A DNA stretch of 58,544 nt from an uncultured Chthonomonadaceae bacterium (GTDB lineage: Bacteria; Armatimonadota; Chthonomonadetes; Chthonomonadales; Chthonomonadaceae). The stretch is taken from positions 1 to 58,544 of the forward strand of contig CAWIEK010000064.1 in NCBI GenBank assembly GCA_963835065.1. Reading direction: 5' to 3'. Of this stretch, positions 10,836 to 20,927 are shown piece after piece; position 1 is the stretch's first letter, and every line of letters begins with the position of its first letter. The position numbers were made by a program, and so were the translations under genes. Below the pieces are notes generated by a model. The model had not been told where the DNA came from and searched no databases. It was given only the letters and a program-made list of their open reading frames with translations.

Positions 10836-10929
10836 GGAAAAGGATGAAGGATGAAGGATGAAGGATGAGGAAATGCTGCCGTAGAACGGGCTGTTCCTAC
10901 TCCCTACCCCCTACTCCCGGAGATATTTC

Positions 10930-11715
10930 ATGCCTGACAACGCAAACAACGAGAATACAGTGGACACGAGGACGATTGGTTACAGCAGCAGCGTTCGCAG
11001 CGGCGAGGAAAACCGGGAAGCGAAATTCGACGGCTTTCTCGCGCAGCCCAAAGGCGATACAAAGCGCGGGAGCGTGATCGTCGTCCATGAAATTTTCGGC
11101 CTCACGGATCACATCAGGGACGTGGCCTGCCGTTACGCGCAGCATGGCTATACCGCGCTTGCGCTCAATCTGTTCACGCGGGAAGGCGAGCCGCCGTCCC
11201 TGTCCGGCGGCTTTGAAGCGTTGCGAGAGTTTGTCGGCAAAGTGCCGGACGCGCAAATCATGGGCGACCTGGACGGCGCGATGGACTATCTGGGCAGTAT
11301 GGAACACTCTAACGGCAAGGTTGGCATTGTCGGCTTTTGTTGGGGTGGGCGCATAGCCATGTTGTATGACGCCCACGCGCCTAACTTGGACGCTGCTATC
11401 GCCTATTACGGACGCATAATTGGCCCAACAACGCCTAACCAGCCCCGACATCCCCTTGAACTTGTGGCGCAAATGAACGCTCCCCTGCTCGGTCACTTCG
11501 GCGCGGAAGATACCAGCATTACACCCGAACATGCCGCCCAACTGCGCGATGCCCTCGAAGCCGCCCACAAAACCGCAGAGATTTACGTGTACGATAACGC
11601 CGGTCACGCCTTCAACAACGACACCCGCGAATCCTACCGCCCCGAAGCCGCCGAACTGTCGTTTCAGCGCTCGCTTGATTGGTTCGGGAAATATTTAAAA
11701 TACGACAACGGCTAA
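10930..11715 (+). CDS. Dienelactone hydrolase family protein
   Basis: VVHEIFGL, GFCWGG nucleophile elbow and AGHAFNND. Confidence 0.93.
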   Translation: MPDNANNENTVDTRTIGYSSSVRSGEENREAKFDGFLAQPKGDTKRGSVIVVHEIFGLTDHIRDVACRYAQHGYTALALNLFTREGEPPSLSGGFEALREFVGKVPDAQIMGDLDGAMDYLGSMEHSNGKVGIVGFCWGGRIAMLYDAHAPNLDAAIAYYGRIIGPTTPNQPRHPLELVAQMNAPLLGHFGAEDTSITPEHAAQLRDALEAAHKTAEIYVYDNAGHAFNNDTRESYRPEAAELSFQRSLDWFGKYLKYDNG

Positions 11716-11887
11716 ACAATCAGGAAGAGAATAGCCGCAAATGAACGCGAACAGAAGGAAATTGCCGACACGGGCGCGAATAAAGCGAGCATAAGTCGGC
11801 TTTGTTTGCCTTCCGCTCTGGTTTGCCCGCCGGCAATTCCACCAAAAGACGAGCGCGGCGTCCGGCGATAGAGAGAGGAGCCTTGCG

Positions 11888-12223
11888 GTGGAAACGCGCT
11901 TTAAACTCACGCGGCTGGTACGCACACAGTCATCGGAGATTTATCTGATGTGGGATGGAGAAAAGCGCATCGGCCAGATCGATGTTCACTACGTCCACGA
12001 TACCATTCACGCAACCGTTATTTTTGAGTCGGACTTGACTGTCGGTGAGGAGGAAGAACTGCTCGCGCAGATTGACGATGACATTGTTTCTTCCTACCTG
12101 CCCCGCTTCGAGCGCGAGGATTTTGTGGCGCACGTCTTCCGGGGCGAGGAAATCAGCCGCTACACGGACTGCTCCGGGGCTATGGACGACATGGACGATG
12201 ACGACGATGAGCGGGAGGAGTAA
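11888..12223 (+). CDS. Hypothetical acidic protein
   Basis: AGGAG RBS before GTG; coherent protein-like sequence; abuts the next gene. Confidence 0.65.
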   Translation: METRFKLTRLVRTQSSEIYLMWDGEKRIGQIDVHYVHDTIHATVIFESDLTVGEEEELLAQIDDDIVSSYLPRFEREDFVAHVFRGEEISRYTDCSGAMDDMDDDDDEREE

Positions 12224-12224
12224 C

Positions 12225-13289
12225 GTGCCGCCTATCGGTTCTCCCGAACCCATTGCCGCCCTGAATCGCGTCCGCATTACGGAACTCCGCTTGCCCTGGG
12301 AAGCGCGGGAACCTCTGGTGGATATTCGCGCTTACTGTCCCGGCGTGGTTTGTAATGAGGGCATTTGTCCGTACCTGCGAACCGGCGTGGCGGACAAATT
12401 AAACCGGGCGCAGGACTCGCTGCCGCCCGGCTATCGACTTAAAGTAGGCACGGCTTTGCGTACCCTGTCCATGCAGCAGAACGGATGGGACAACTATTTC
12501 AAGCGGATGCAGACCGAACATCCCGATTGGCCGCTTTCCGCGCTGCGCCGCGCCACCAACAAATACCACGCGCCCTACGACCAGAAAGCGCCCCCCGGAC
12601 ACTGCACAGGCGGAGCCGTAGATGTCGGTCTGCTCGACCCGGACAGCAACGCGCTCGATATGGTTGCGCCCACGCAGGGTTGGGAAGCCGTAGACACGTT
12701 TACCAATAAAATTTCTCCCGAAGCCAAAGCCAACCGCATGTTGATGGTGGAAGCTATGCTGGGCGCGGGCTTTTCCAACTGCCGGGACGAGTATTGGCAC
12801 TATTCGTGGGGCGATTCGGCGTGGGCGGTGCGGGTAGGCGAAACCGAGTGTCCGTTCGGCTGGACGTATGCGCCTCCCCTTTTGGAAATTGCCAACGACC
12901 AGAATGACGTTCAAGGCAGCATACAGGAACAAATGCTGGAGACGGTACGCGACTTTCACGGCAAACCGCAAAGCGCAACGGGAACCTGCCGGTGGCCGCA
13001 ATCCGCCCCGCATTTTCAAGCGCGACTGCTCTGGGCAAAGGCCATGCCAGTCACATTGCGAATTGTATTTCACGGCCTCGCGCCCGAAACAACCTTCTTT
13101 ATCGGCAATGGCGACAACGTATGGGAGCCGGTCACAGACATACGCAGGGGTGAGGAAGCGTATGTTCTGCATATTACGCCCGCGTTTGACCGCGCCACGC
13201 TGACAACCCAACTTCCTGAGCCGAAGCCGCCGGAGCCAACGCCGGATGAGTCAGAACCGAGTGAGGCGGCGGTTAGCGCGACGGGCTGA
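12225..13289 (+). CDS. D-Ala-D-Ala dipeptidase (peptidase M15D / VanX-like) with C-terminal extension
   Basis: PPGHCTGGAVD zinc motif and EYWHYSWGD. GTG start 1 nt after the upstream stop. Confidence 0.8.
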   Translation: MPPIGSPEPIAALNRVRITELRLPWEAREPLVDIRAYCPGVVCNEGICPYLRTGVADKLNRAQDSLPPGYRLKVGTALRTLSMQQNGWDNYFKRMQTEHPDWPLSALRRATNKYHAPYDQKAPPGHCTGGAVDVGLLDPDSNALDMVAPTQGWEAVDTFTNKISPEAKANRMLMVEAMLGAGFSNCRDEYWHYSWGDSAWAVRVGETECPFGWTYAPPLLEIANDQNDVQGSIQEQMLETVRDFHGKPQSATGTCRWPQSAPHFQARLLWAKAMPVTLRIVFHGLAPETTFFIGNGDNVWEPVTDIRRGEEAYVLHITPAFDRATLTTQLPEPKPPEPTPDESEPSEAAVSATG

Positions 13290-13422
13290 ACCCCTTCGCT
13301 GTATGGCGTTCCGCCCACTGTCCTTCGGACAGAAATACCCTTCCAAGTAGGTGTTGTGTCCGAAGGACACTGGGCCGCAGTCCACCAAGCGACGGGCTGA
13401 ACCCCTTCGCGCTAACCGCCGC
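13266..13422. repeat. REP/PATE-like palindromic element
   Basis: Perfect 16-bp terminal IR GCGGCGGTTAGCGCGA, direct repeat GCGACGGGCTGAACCCCTTCGC twice, and inner GTCCTTCGGAC / GTCCGAAGGAC hairpins. Confidence 0.8.
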
Positions 13423-13454
13423 AACAATATATGCAGCAGTATAGGAGCCTGAAA

Positions 13455-14456
13455 ATGCGTGTCAACTTTCCTATGGTGTTCGCTGCCGCGCTGTTGCTGC
13501 TTCACGGCACACGGATTTCGGCGCAAAATGCCCCGGCTGCCATTCCTGCGCCGCATTTTCAAGGCGACTTTTTTGGCGAAATGCCGCGCGTGTTTTGCAC
13601 ATTTGTTCGCATAGACACCAAAGCGCGGATTGTCGTTGTAAAGCGCGACGGTGACGGCAAAATCGTGTCGGTTCCCATCCGTGACGATACCGAAATCCAC
13701 TTCCGCGACTCGTGGGGCGAACTGACCGACTATTTTCCCGGCCAGCATGTGATGCTGTTTATGTACGTGGACGATGACCATAACTGGACCTATCCCCGCG
13801 CCATTCAGGACGACATCCACGTTTCCGCGCGGCACGGCTGGTTTGCCCGCGTGACCCATATTGACACTGCCGCGCATACCTATCACACCGTTCGAGAGGA
13901 AAAGAACGGGCAGGGGCAAGCCGCCAAAACCATTGAGAAAGATTATGTTTTTGCGCCCAATGTAAAAGTATGGAAGGGCGACACGCCGGGCGGTATCGAA
14001 ACCCTGCGCGAAGGCGACGAGGTGATTCAGCAGCTTGTGGAGCATGACGGCAAATTGGAGGCCGTCGAGATTTTTGACCGCAAGGGCGATGATGCCGTCC
14101 GCGCCATGCAGGACAAGCGGCACAAAAGTGATCAGGAGAAGTTGGGACTGCCCGCGTATGTCACGGATGTGGAACCCGTTTCCGGCCTGCTCGTGGTTTC
14201 CGTTGCGTGGAGCGGTTCGGAACGCGCCAAAGAACTCAAGCCCGGCAATGTAGTCACCGTGCAGCCCTCCGAAGGCGCAAAGCCTTTCGCCGCCGCCCTC
14301 CACTCCCTGCAACCTGTAGACACCCGGCAGCGTATTGAGTTTGTAGTCAATGCCCGCGTCGCCAGCCGCTTGACGTTGGGCCAATCCCTGCGCGTGTTCC
14401 TGCCCAACACCGGCCTGGTCATGCCAACAGGCCGCGCCGGGTTGCCGGCCAACTGA
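13455..14456 (+). CDS. Hypothetical secreted protein (repeated OB-like beta modules)
   Basis: Signal peptide MRVNFPMVFAAALLLL; long ORF with genome-like codon usage. Confidence 0.65.
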   Translation: MRVNFPMVFAAALLLLHGTRISAQNAPAAIPAPHFQGDFFGEMPRVFCTFVRIDTKARIVVVKRDGDGKIVSVPIRDDTEIHFRDSWGELTDYFPGQHVMLFMYVDDDHNWTYPRAIQDDIHVSARHGWFARVTHIDTAAHTYHTVREEKNGQGQAAKTIEKDYVFAPNVKVWKGDTPGGIETLREGDEVIQQLVEHDGKLEAVEIFDRKGDDAVRAMQDKRHKSDQEKLGLPAYVTDVEPVSGLLVVSVAWSGSERAKELKPGNVVTVQPSEGAKPFAAALHSLQPVDTRQRIEFVVNARVASRLTLGQSLRVFLPNTGLVMPTGRAGLPAN

Positions 14457-14547
14457 CAGCTTCTCTTTGTCTTTCTCGCATTGGCTTTTCCTCTGTGTCT
14501 CTGTGTCTCTAGCGTAGCGGGTGGTGAATTCGTATCCGAGGTTTTGC

Positions 14548-14946
14548 ATGAGCGATGATTTTGAACAGCAGGCGTGGGTGAAGTTCGGGGTGGCGGCGGA
14601 GTTGTCCCGGCAGTACGCGGCGGACGAGCGGCAATTTTTGGAACGGCTGGCGTCCATGCTGGAATCCGCCTTGCCGGGCGAGATTGACATTGCCCGCAAG
14701 GGGGGCCTGTTTTCCAAAAAGACCGTGCAGCGCGTGAGCGTCACCTTGAACGACCACCGCTATCTGCTGGAAGACCCCGGACGCGGCCCGCTGCAAGCGG
14801 CGCGGGTAAAAATCGTGCGCGGGATCGCGCTGAAAACGGAAGCCTTGAGTGTTGCCGATTGGCTGACGGAGATAGGCGAACTGCTGGACGAACGCGCCCG
14901 CACAAGCGCCCAAACCCGCGCCGCTCTCGCCCGCCTGGTAGATTAG
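14548..14946 (+). CDS. Hypothetical protein
   Basis: Coherent helical/beta ORF (FLERLASMLESALPG...VRGIALKTEALSVADW) directly upstream of the AI-2E gene. Confidence 0.7.
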   Translation: MSDDFEQQAWVKFGVAAELSRQYAADERQFLERLASMLESALPGEIDIARKGGLFSKKTVQRVSVTLNDHRYLLEDPGRGPLQAARVKIVRGIALKTEALSVADWLTEIGELLDERARTSAQTRAALARLVD

Positions 14947-14958
14947 AAATAAATCCTT

Positions 14959-16236
14959 ATGAATGATACAAGCAGCCTAGCGCGACAAATGCGCCCTTCC
15001 CGTTCGCTTCGCGCCGCCGATTACGTGAAAATCGGGTTTCTGACCACGATGGGCGCGGCGCTGCTGGTGATACTGGCGTTCCTGACGTGGCATGTGGGAC
15101 GGGCGGCGCTGGACGTTATCAGCCCGTTTGTGTTTGCGACTGTGTTTGCCATGCTGCTCGACCCGGTGGTGGACAAACTGGAAGGCCGCCACATGAGCCG
15201 GGGGTTTGCGGTTTTGCTCGTGTTCATGGTGTTCGTGCTGATTCTGGTGGCTATCGGCGTGTACGGCATCCCTCCGCTGGTGGATCAGACAAAAACGTTT
15301 GCGGACAATGCGCCTCAGTACCTGTCGAATTTACAGGATATTGTCAACAAGTTTCTGGCGGCGCACCCGCGCATGTTCGGCATTGCGATGCCCAAGAACT
15401 TCAATGCGCTGTATGAACAGATTTCGGCGCGAAGTTCCGGCCTGCTGAATTTTTCGTCCGGCAAAGTCACTTCGATTGTTACGGGAGCCGTTTCGTTTCT
15501 GCTGGAAGCCGTCATCACGCTGATTTTGACGTTTTACCTGCTGATGGACATTGACCGCCTGCGCGCCCGCATCGTATATCTGGCTCCGCCGCAGTACCGC
15601 ACCGCTCTGAGCCAATATGCCAACGACATCGGCGACGTGTTTGCCAGTTATCTGCGCGGCATGTTGATTGTTTCGGCTTTGTATGGCGTGGCGACAATGG
15701 CCGTGCTGTTCGGCATGTCGTTTCTGCACAGAGAATTGACAGGTTACGCCCTGCTGATTGGCGTGGTGGGCGGGTTGCTGTATGTCGTGCCTTATGTCGG
15801 GCCGCTGGCAACGGCAATCCTTACCTTTTTGGCGGCGTTTGCGGCGGGCGGATTGGGCTTCGGCGTCGGCAGCATTCTCGTGACCCTCGTTCTCAATCAG
15901 ACATTCGATGGCGTTATCACGCCCCGCGTGGTTGGGGGCGGCGTCGGGCTGCATCCGGTAGCGGCGGTGTTCGCGCTCACTTTGGGCGGCACACTGTTCG
16001 GATTGTGGGGCTTGCTGCTGTCGGTTCCCGTCGCGGCCAGTATTCAGGTCATTCTGTTCCGGCTGTTCCCCAAACTGACCACGCCCACGCCCCGCGCCTT
16101 TCTGCGGGCGCAGGGCATCCGTCCCGAAGAATCGCAGTCGCCCAAAGTGATGGAAGGCGACGCGCCGCAAATGCCCGATGTAGAAACGCCCGCCAAATCC
16201 GCAGCCGAGTCAAAGACTGAAACCATCCAGAAGTAA
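14959..16236 (+). CDS. AI-2E family transporter
   Basis: LLDPVVDKLE, FYLLMD, YLRG, VPYVGP and GLHPV...FGLWGLLLSVP; multiple TM helices. Confidence 0.93.
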   Translation: MNDTSSLARQMRPSRSLRAADYVKIGFLTTMGAALLVILAFLTWHVGRAALDVISPFVFATVFAMLLDPVVDKLEGRHMSRGFAVLLVFMVFVLILVAIGVYGIPPLVDQTKTFADNAPQYLSNLQDIVNKFLAAHPRMFGIAMPKNFNALYEQISARSSGLLNFSSGKVTSIVTGAVSFLLEAVITLILTFYLLMDIDRLRARIVYLAPPQYRTALSQYANDIGDVFASYLRGMLIVSALYGVATMAVLFGMSFLHRELTGYALLIGVVGGLLYVVPYVGPLATAILTFLAAFAAGGLGFGVGSILVTLVLNQTFDGVITPRVVGGGVGLHPVAAVFALTLGGTLFGLWGLLLSVPVAASIQVILFRLFPKLTTPTPRAFLRAQGIRPEESQSPKVMEGDAPQMPDVETPAKSAAESKTETIQK

Positions 16237-16273
16237 CCGCAAACACAATCGTTCAAAGCAGGAGACGCAAACT

Positions 16274-16459
16274 ATGAACATCGGTTTTCTTGTACTTGGC
16301 ATTCTTTCAGGCCTTTTTGCCGTCGCGCAACTGCTTCAATTGGCAGGGCTGATCGGCATTGGCTTCAGCATTGCGGGCGTTGGGTTTACGATTTTAGGCG
16401 GCGTCGGCTCGTTCCTTTGCTTCCAAAAGGCGTTTGCCAACAAACAGCCGCTCAAGTGA
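16274..16459 (+). CDS. Small two-TM membrane protein
   Basis: AGGAG RBS; two hydrophobic helices. Confidence 0.55.
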   Translation: MNIGFLVLGILSGLFAVAQLLQLAGLIGIGFSIAGVGFTILGGVGSFLCFQKAFANKQPLK

Positions 16460-16547
16460 CAAGGCTTTGCGCTACGTTTACGCCCGGTTCAGAATTACGA
16501 AGCGTGGTACTCTTCTGCGCCTTGTGAACTTTTTGAGAAAATTTGCC

Positions 16548-17348
16548 ATGAAACGTTCCCTGACGAAGATGTTGCTTCCGCTTGCTGTTCTTACTTTGAC
16601 TGGCTGTGGCGGAGGTTCCACGACAAATACCGGGAGCAGTGCGTCAGGCGGTAGTTCGTCCGGCAGTGGCTCGTCAAGCGGCAGTTCGGGGAGTTCGACA
16701 GGGAGCGGGCAAACGGCCTTTCAATCTCAAACGTATGATCTGTCGTCGGACTTTACTTTGACGCAGAGTTTTAGTCATGTGTGGCAGTATGGATACTCGG
16801 CAACCAACTCGATTTTGCCGGATCAGTTTCGTTTGGCCGGTTCCGTTGACACGAGCAACGCTTCCCTTGGTTTCTGGCATGCTTCCACAAATACGAATAC
16901 CGGCGTTACTTCCGGGTATTATCCATATATCGCCAAGAACACCACGAACGCGACCGTGACGGACGCCACAAACCATTGGGCGCTGCGGGCGGGCGAGATT
17001 GCGATGGAGGGAAGCGGGAATGGGCAGTACAGCGAAGTGCGGTTCGTCGCGCCCGCAGCCGGCAAGTACCAGATTGCCGCGAATTTTGAAGGCATTCATT
17101 TCAACCTGTCCACAACCGATGTGCATGTGCTGCAAGACAGCAACTCGGTCTTCGACGCCAACATAGACGGGTACGGCGGCGACCCCAATTTTCATGCCGT
17201 GCAGGGCGCAAATCCAAGCGCGAGTTACGTCGGCACACTAACATTGAACACGGGCGAAATCGTTACCTTTGCGGTGGGCGTCGGCGCAAACCAGACCAAC
17301 TACAACGACACCACCGGCCTTGCGGTCCATATTGTCACCGTACCCTGA
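16548..17348 (+). CDS. Putative lipoprotein with Ser/Gly linker and beta-sandwich domain
   Basis: Lipobox LTLTGC followed by a GS-rich linker. Confidence 0.7.
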   Translation: MKRSLTKMLLPLAVLTLTGCGGGSTTNTGSSASGGSSSGSGSSSGSSGSSTGSGQTAFQSQTYDLSSDFTLTQSFSHVWQYGYSATNSILPDQFRLAGSVDTSNASLGFWHASTNTNTGVTSGYYPYIAKNTTNATVTDATNHWALRAGEIAMEGSGNGQYSEVRFVAPAAGKYQIAANFEGIHFNLSTTDVHVLQDSNSVFDANIDGYGGDPNFHAVQGANPSASYVGTLTLNTGEIVTFAVGVGANQTNYNDTTGLAVHIVTVP

Positions 17349-17386
17349 CGGTTAAAAATGTTTGCCGCTTGTGGAGTTTGCCGCTC

Positions 17387-18451
17387 ATGCCGCGTAACCT
17401 GTTTTATCAAGACGAAGCCGTTGATACGATCCTGCCGGACGTAATTCCCGTCTGTCGCTCCGGCGCGGCGCAGATCGAATTGGCGGACGCGCTGGAACGC
17501 TACGCGCATTGGCCTGCGCCAACCGTGATTGTTTCGGATGGCGCGTATGGCGTGAGCGGTTTTCCCGGCGATCCCCCGACACCCGAAAGTCTCGCAAACT
17601 GGTACGCGCCCCATATCGCGGCGTGGTCACACTATGCCCTGCCGGAAACGACGCTCTGGTTTTGGGGCGTGGAAATCGGGTGGGCAACGGTGCATCCCGT
17701 TCTTGCCTTGCATGGCTGGGAGTATCGCGCCCTGCACATTTGGGACAAGGGCGTTGCGCACGTTGCGGGCAATGTCAACAGCAAAACCATTCGCCGCTTC
17801 CCTGTCGTTACGGAAGTTTGCGCCCAGTATGTGCGTCAGGTGCGGCTGCCAACGCCGGAGGGTGAACTGCTGCCGATGCAGCAATGGCTGCGGCACGAGT
17901 GGCTGCGCACCGGCCTGCCGCTCTGCAAGACCAACGAAGCCTGTGGCGTCAAAAACGCGGCTACTCGCAAGTATTTTACCCATGACCATTTGTGGTACTA
18001 TCCACCTCCCGAAATGATGGAGATGCTTGCCGCGTATGCGAACAGGCACGGGCGCGTCACGGAATGGCCGTACTTTTCGGTGGATGGCAAGGCCAGCGTG
18101 ACGGCGGAGCAATGGGCGCGGCTGCGCGCCAAATGGAATCATACGCATGCCATCACCAACGTCTGGCAGGAACCGGCGGTACGGGGAACCGAGCGCATCA
18201 AGGATGAAAACGCCAAGTGTCTGCACGGCAACCAAAAACCGCTTAACCTGATTGAACGTATTGTTTGCGCGTCCAGCGATGAAGGCGATGTTGTGTGGGA
18301 ACCCTTCGGCGGCTTGTGTTCGGCGGCGATTGCCTGCCTGCTGAACGGGCGGCAGTGCTACAGCGCGGAAATCAACCCGGATTATTACCGACTGGCAAAA
18401 GCGCGGCTTGCTCAGGAAGGCGAATTCAATGGCAGATGCAACGCCGAATAA
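17387..18451 (+). CDS. Site-specific amino-DNA methyltransferase (beta class, N4-C/N6-A)
   Basis: Motif IV variant IVSDGAYG at the N-terminus; HGNQKP and motif I variant VWEPFGGLCS at the C-terminus. Confidence 0.85.
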   Translation: MPRNLFYQDEAVDTILPDVIPVCRSGAAQIELADALERYAHWPAPTVIVSDGAYGVSGFPGDPPTPESLANWYAPHIAAWSHYALPETTLWFWGVEIGWATVHPVLALHGWEYRALHIWDKGVAHVAGNVNSKTIRRFPVVTEVCAQYVRQVRLPTPEGELLPMQQWLRHEWLRTGLPLCKTNEACGVKNAATRKYFTHDHLWYYPPPEMMEMLAAYANRHGRVTEWPYFSVDGKASVTAEQWARLRAKWNHTHAITNVWQEPAVRGTERIKDENAKCLHGNQKPLNLIERIVCASSDEGDVVWEPFGGLCSAAIACLLNGRQCYSAEINPDYYRLAKARLAQEGEFNGRCNAE

Positions 18452-19376
18452 AGCCGTAGACGCGCCTGCGCCGCTCCTGCCCAATCAGAATGTGACGGTT
18501 GCCGCCGACCATTCCGCGCTGTATGCGGCTGTAGAAAAGGCGCTGTATGCCCTGCCATCCAAGTTCAAAACCGATCTGAGCATTTCCGGCGTTCTGGCAA
18601 CGGACATTTTCACGTTTAATACCGCTTTTGCGGCGACGATTGAATATCAGGTTGTGCAGGCGCTCAATGAAATGAGGGATGAGTGGGATGCGGAACGCCG
18701 TTACTCGACCTACAGTTTTGTGCGTCAATCGCAGCAGTTTCCCGACGTAATTTTGAGAACGGCTGTACCCGACGCGCAACCTGCCGTTTTGATGGGGATT
18801 GAACTGAAAAGCTGGTACGTTCTGGCGAAGGAAAAGGAACCGAGTTTCCGCTTTGCCGTAACGCCTGCGGTATGCTGTCCGCAAGACTTGATGGTTGTGT
18901 ATCCCTGGGCGCTTGAAAACGTACTTTCCGGCTCGCCGCATTTATATGCGCCGTTTGTCATTCAAGCGCGTAAGGCGGCAGAATATCGTAACGAATACTG
19001 GCGCAGCACGATACGCGCAAACAATGCGGACGCCCTGACGCTTTCGATGGAAACCGCCTGCTACCCTGTCAAATCGGACAGAATCAACGATGTGCCTGCC
19101 CGCGATACGGGCAATAACTTCGGACGCATAGCACGTACCGGATTGATGGACGAGTACATCGCGGCAACGTTCGGGCAGACGCTTTCCGGCATCCCAATTG
19201 AGGGATGGGTGACATTCTTCAAGCTGTTCACGGAAAGCGCGGTTCAGAAGGACGCCGTTGCCGCTCTGGAACGCAGGCTAAAGCAGGCATTAAAGTTGAA
19301 GTTTCCCGACCCGCTTGCAGAAATTGAAGTTTTGCGTCAGGAGTTGCAAACCCTTGTAGAGCGTCTCTCTACATAG
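18429..19376 (+). CDS. Putative Type II restriction endonuclease (PD-(D/E)XK)
   Basis: FPDVIL...GIELKSW catalytic spacing; overlaps the MTase stop by 23 nt. Confidence 0.65.
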   Translation: MADATPNKAVDAPAPLLPNQNVTVAADHSALYAAVEKALYALPSKFKTDLSISGVLATDIFTFNTAFAATIEYQVVQALNEMRDEWDAERRYSTYSFVRQSQQFPDVILRTAVPDAQPAVLMGIELKSWYVLAKEKEPSFRFAVTPAVCCPQDLMVVYPWALENVLSGSPHLYAPFVIQARKAAEYRNEYWRSTIRANNADALTLSMETACYPVKSDRINDVPARDTGNNFGRIARTGLMDEYIAATFGQTLSGIPIEGWVTFFKLFTESAVQKDAVAALERRLKQALKLKFPDPLAEIEVLRQELQTLVERLST

Positions 19377-19465
19377 TTTCTTCATTGTATGTTAAACTTC
19401 AGTTTCCAGTAGATCAGGCGGTTTGCGACACCGCTCATGCTGCCTAAAAGCAGAGGATTTAAGCC

Positions 19466-20902
19466 ATGTCTGATGTAGTCGAAAAAGGAAATGTATCCTC
19501 CCTCCTTAACGAAGATAAAAATACAGCAGTGGACCGCACAATTGTCTCGCCTGCCTACTTCCTTTCACTTACTATAGAGAACTTTCGTTGTTTTAAGCCG
19601 CCTCAGACTTTGGACTTATCAAATGGCGAAGGGCAACCTGCCAGATGGACTTTGATACTAGGAGAAAACGGCGTCGGTAAAACTTCTCTCCTTCAGCTTC
19701 TGGCACTAATGCAGCCAGAGGAAGATCGTTTCGCCGTCTTTGAACCCGACTTTGAACCCGAAAAGCAAGTGGAGTGCATTCCGAAGATATTTGAGAATGC
19801 TCATAAACTAAACGTGTTCCGCGAACAGGGCATTGCATTTAGTGAAAAACGATTGTATGAAGAGGGGCTAAGTAAAGTAGACTGTTCAATTAGCTCCGGT
19901 TGGACTTTCAATAGTCCAAATGCGATGAAGTTAATTGAATATGGAGCAACTTTCAATCAAACTGGTGGGTCCTGTTCCTCTGTTTATAGTGATCTGAAGG
20001 CATTAATCTGTTACGGATATGGCGCAAACCGCCGAATGGGAACCACTTCGCTGTCCGATTCGCGGAATGTGGATTCGTCGGCGAGTTTGTTTGCTGATAC
20101 CGTTGAACTTATGAATGCTGAAGAATGGCTGCTTCATGCAGATTATGCAGTCAGCCGCGCTAAGGGATCCGAAAGTAAACGGGCGGCGAATCAGTACAAT
20201 CGCGTTAAAAAAATTCTTACGGAACTGCTGCCGGATGTAAACGACCTTCGGATCAGCGAATCCGCGTCGTTAAGAATGGGGCCACATGTTCAAGCCCAAA
20301 CGCCTTATGGGTGGGTTCCCATTCAAAGCCTGAGTTTAGGGTATCGTACCTTGCTGACGTGGATGGTTGATTTAGCCGCGCGTCTGTTTGAACGTTACCC
20401 TCACAGCAAAAACCCGCTTGCCGAACCTGCCGTTGTGCTTGTGGATGAAATTGATTTACATCTTCATCCACAATGGCAAAGAAAACTGATTCAGTTCCTG
20501 AGCGATACATTCCCGAACACGCAATTCATAGCCACTGCGCACAGCCCGCTTGTGGTGCAGGCCGCTTCGGATGCGAACCTTGTTTTGCTTCAACGGGAGG
20601 GCGATCACGTCGTTATCAACAATGATGTGGAAACGATTGAAGGATGGCGGGCGGATCAAATACTGACGAGCGACCTGTTTGGTTTAGACAGCGCTCGCCC
20701 GCCCCAATTGGATGCGGCTCTGCGCGAGCGCGAACGCCTGCTTTCCAAAAGCCGATTGACCAGAACAGATAAAAAACGAATTGAAGAACTGGAACGGCAG
20801 ATTGGGTCCATGCCTACCGGCGAGACGCCGCAGGACATCAAGGCAATGGATATTATTCGCAGAGCCGCCAGCCTGATTGAACAGAATGGACGCTTCAAAT
20901 AG
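19466..20902 (+). CDS. ptuA: ABC/SMC-like AAA ATPase, Septu PtuA-like
   Basis: Walker A GENGVGKT, signature LSLGYR, Walker B VLVDEIDLHLHP, H-loop TAHSP; followed by an HNH gene. Confidence 0.8.
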   Translation: MSDVVEKGNVSSLLNEDKNTAVDRTIVSPAYFLSLTIENFRCFKPPQTLDLSNGEGQPARWTLILGENGVGKTSLLQLLALMQPEEDRFAVFEPDFEPEKQVECIPKIFENAHKLNVFREQGIAFSEKRLYEEGLSKVDCSISSGWTFNSPNAMKLIEYGATFNQTGGSCSSVYSDLKALICYGYGANRRMGTTSLSDSRNVDSSASLFADTVELMNAEEWLLHADYAVSRAKGSESKRAANQYNRVKKILTELLPDVNDLRISESASLRMGPHVQAQTPYGWVPIQSLSLGYRTLLTWMVDLAARLFERYPHSKNPLAEPAVVLVDEIDLHLHPQWQRKLIQFLSDTFPNTQFIATAHSPLVVQAASDANLVLLQREGDHVVINNDVETIEGWRADQILTSDLFGLDSARPPQLDAALRERERLLSKSRLTRTDKKRIEELERQIGSMPTGETPQDIKAMDIIRRAASLIEQNGRFK

Positions 20903-20927
20903 GCTTTTCTGGTACGGGGTTACGTAA

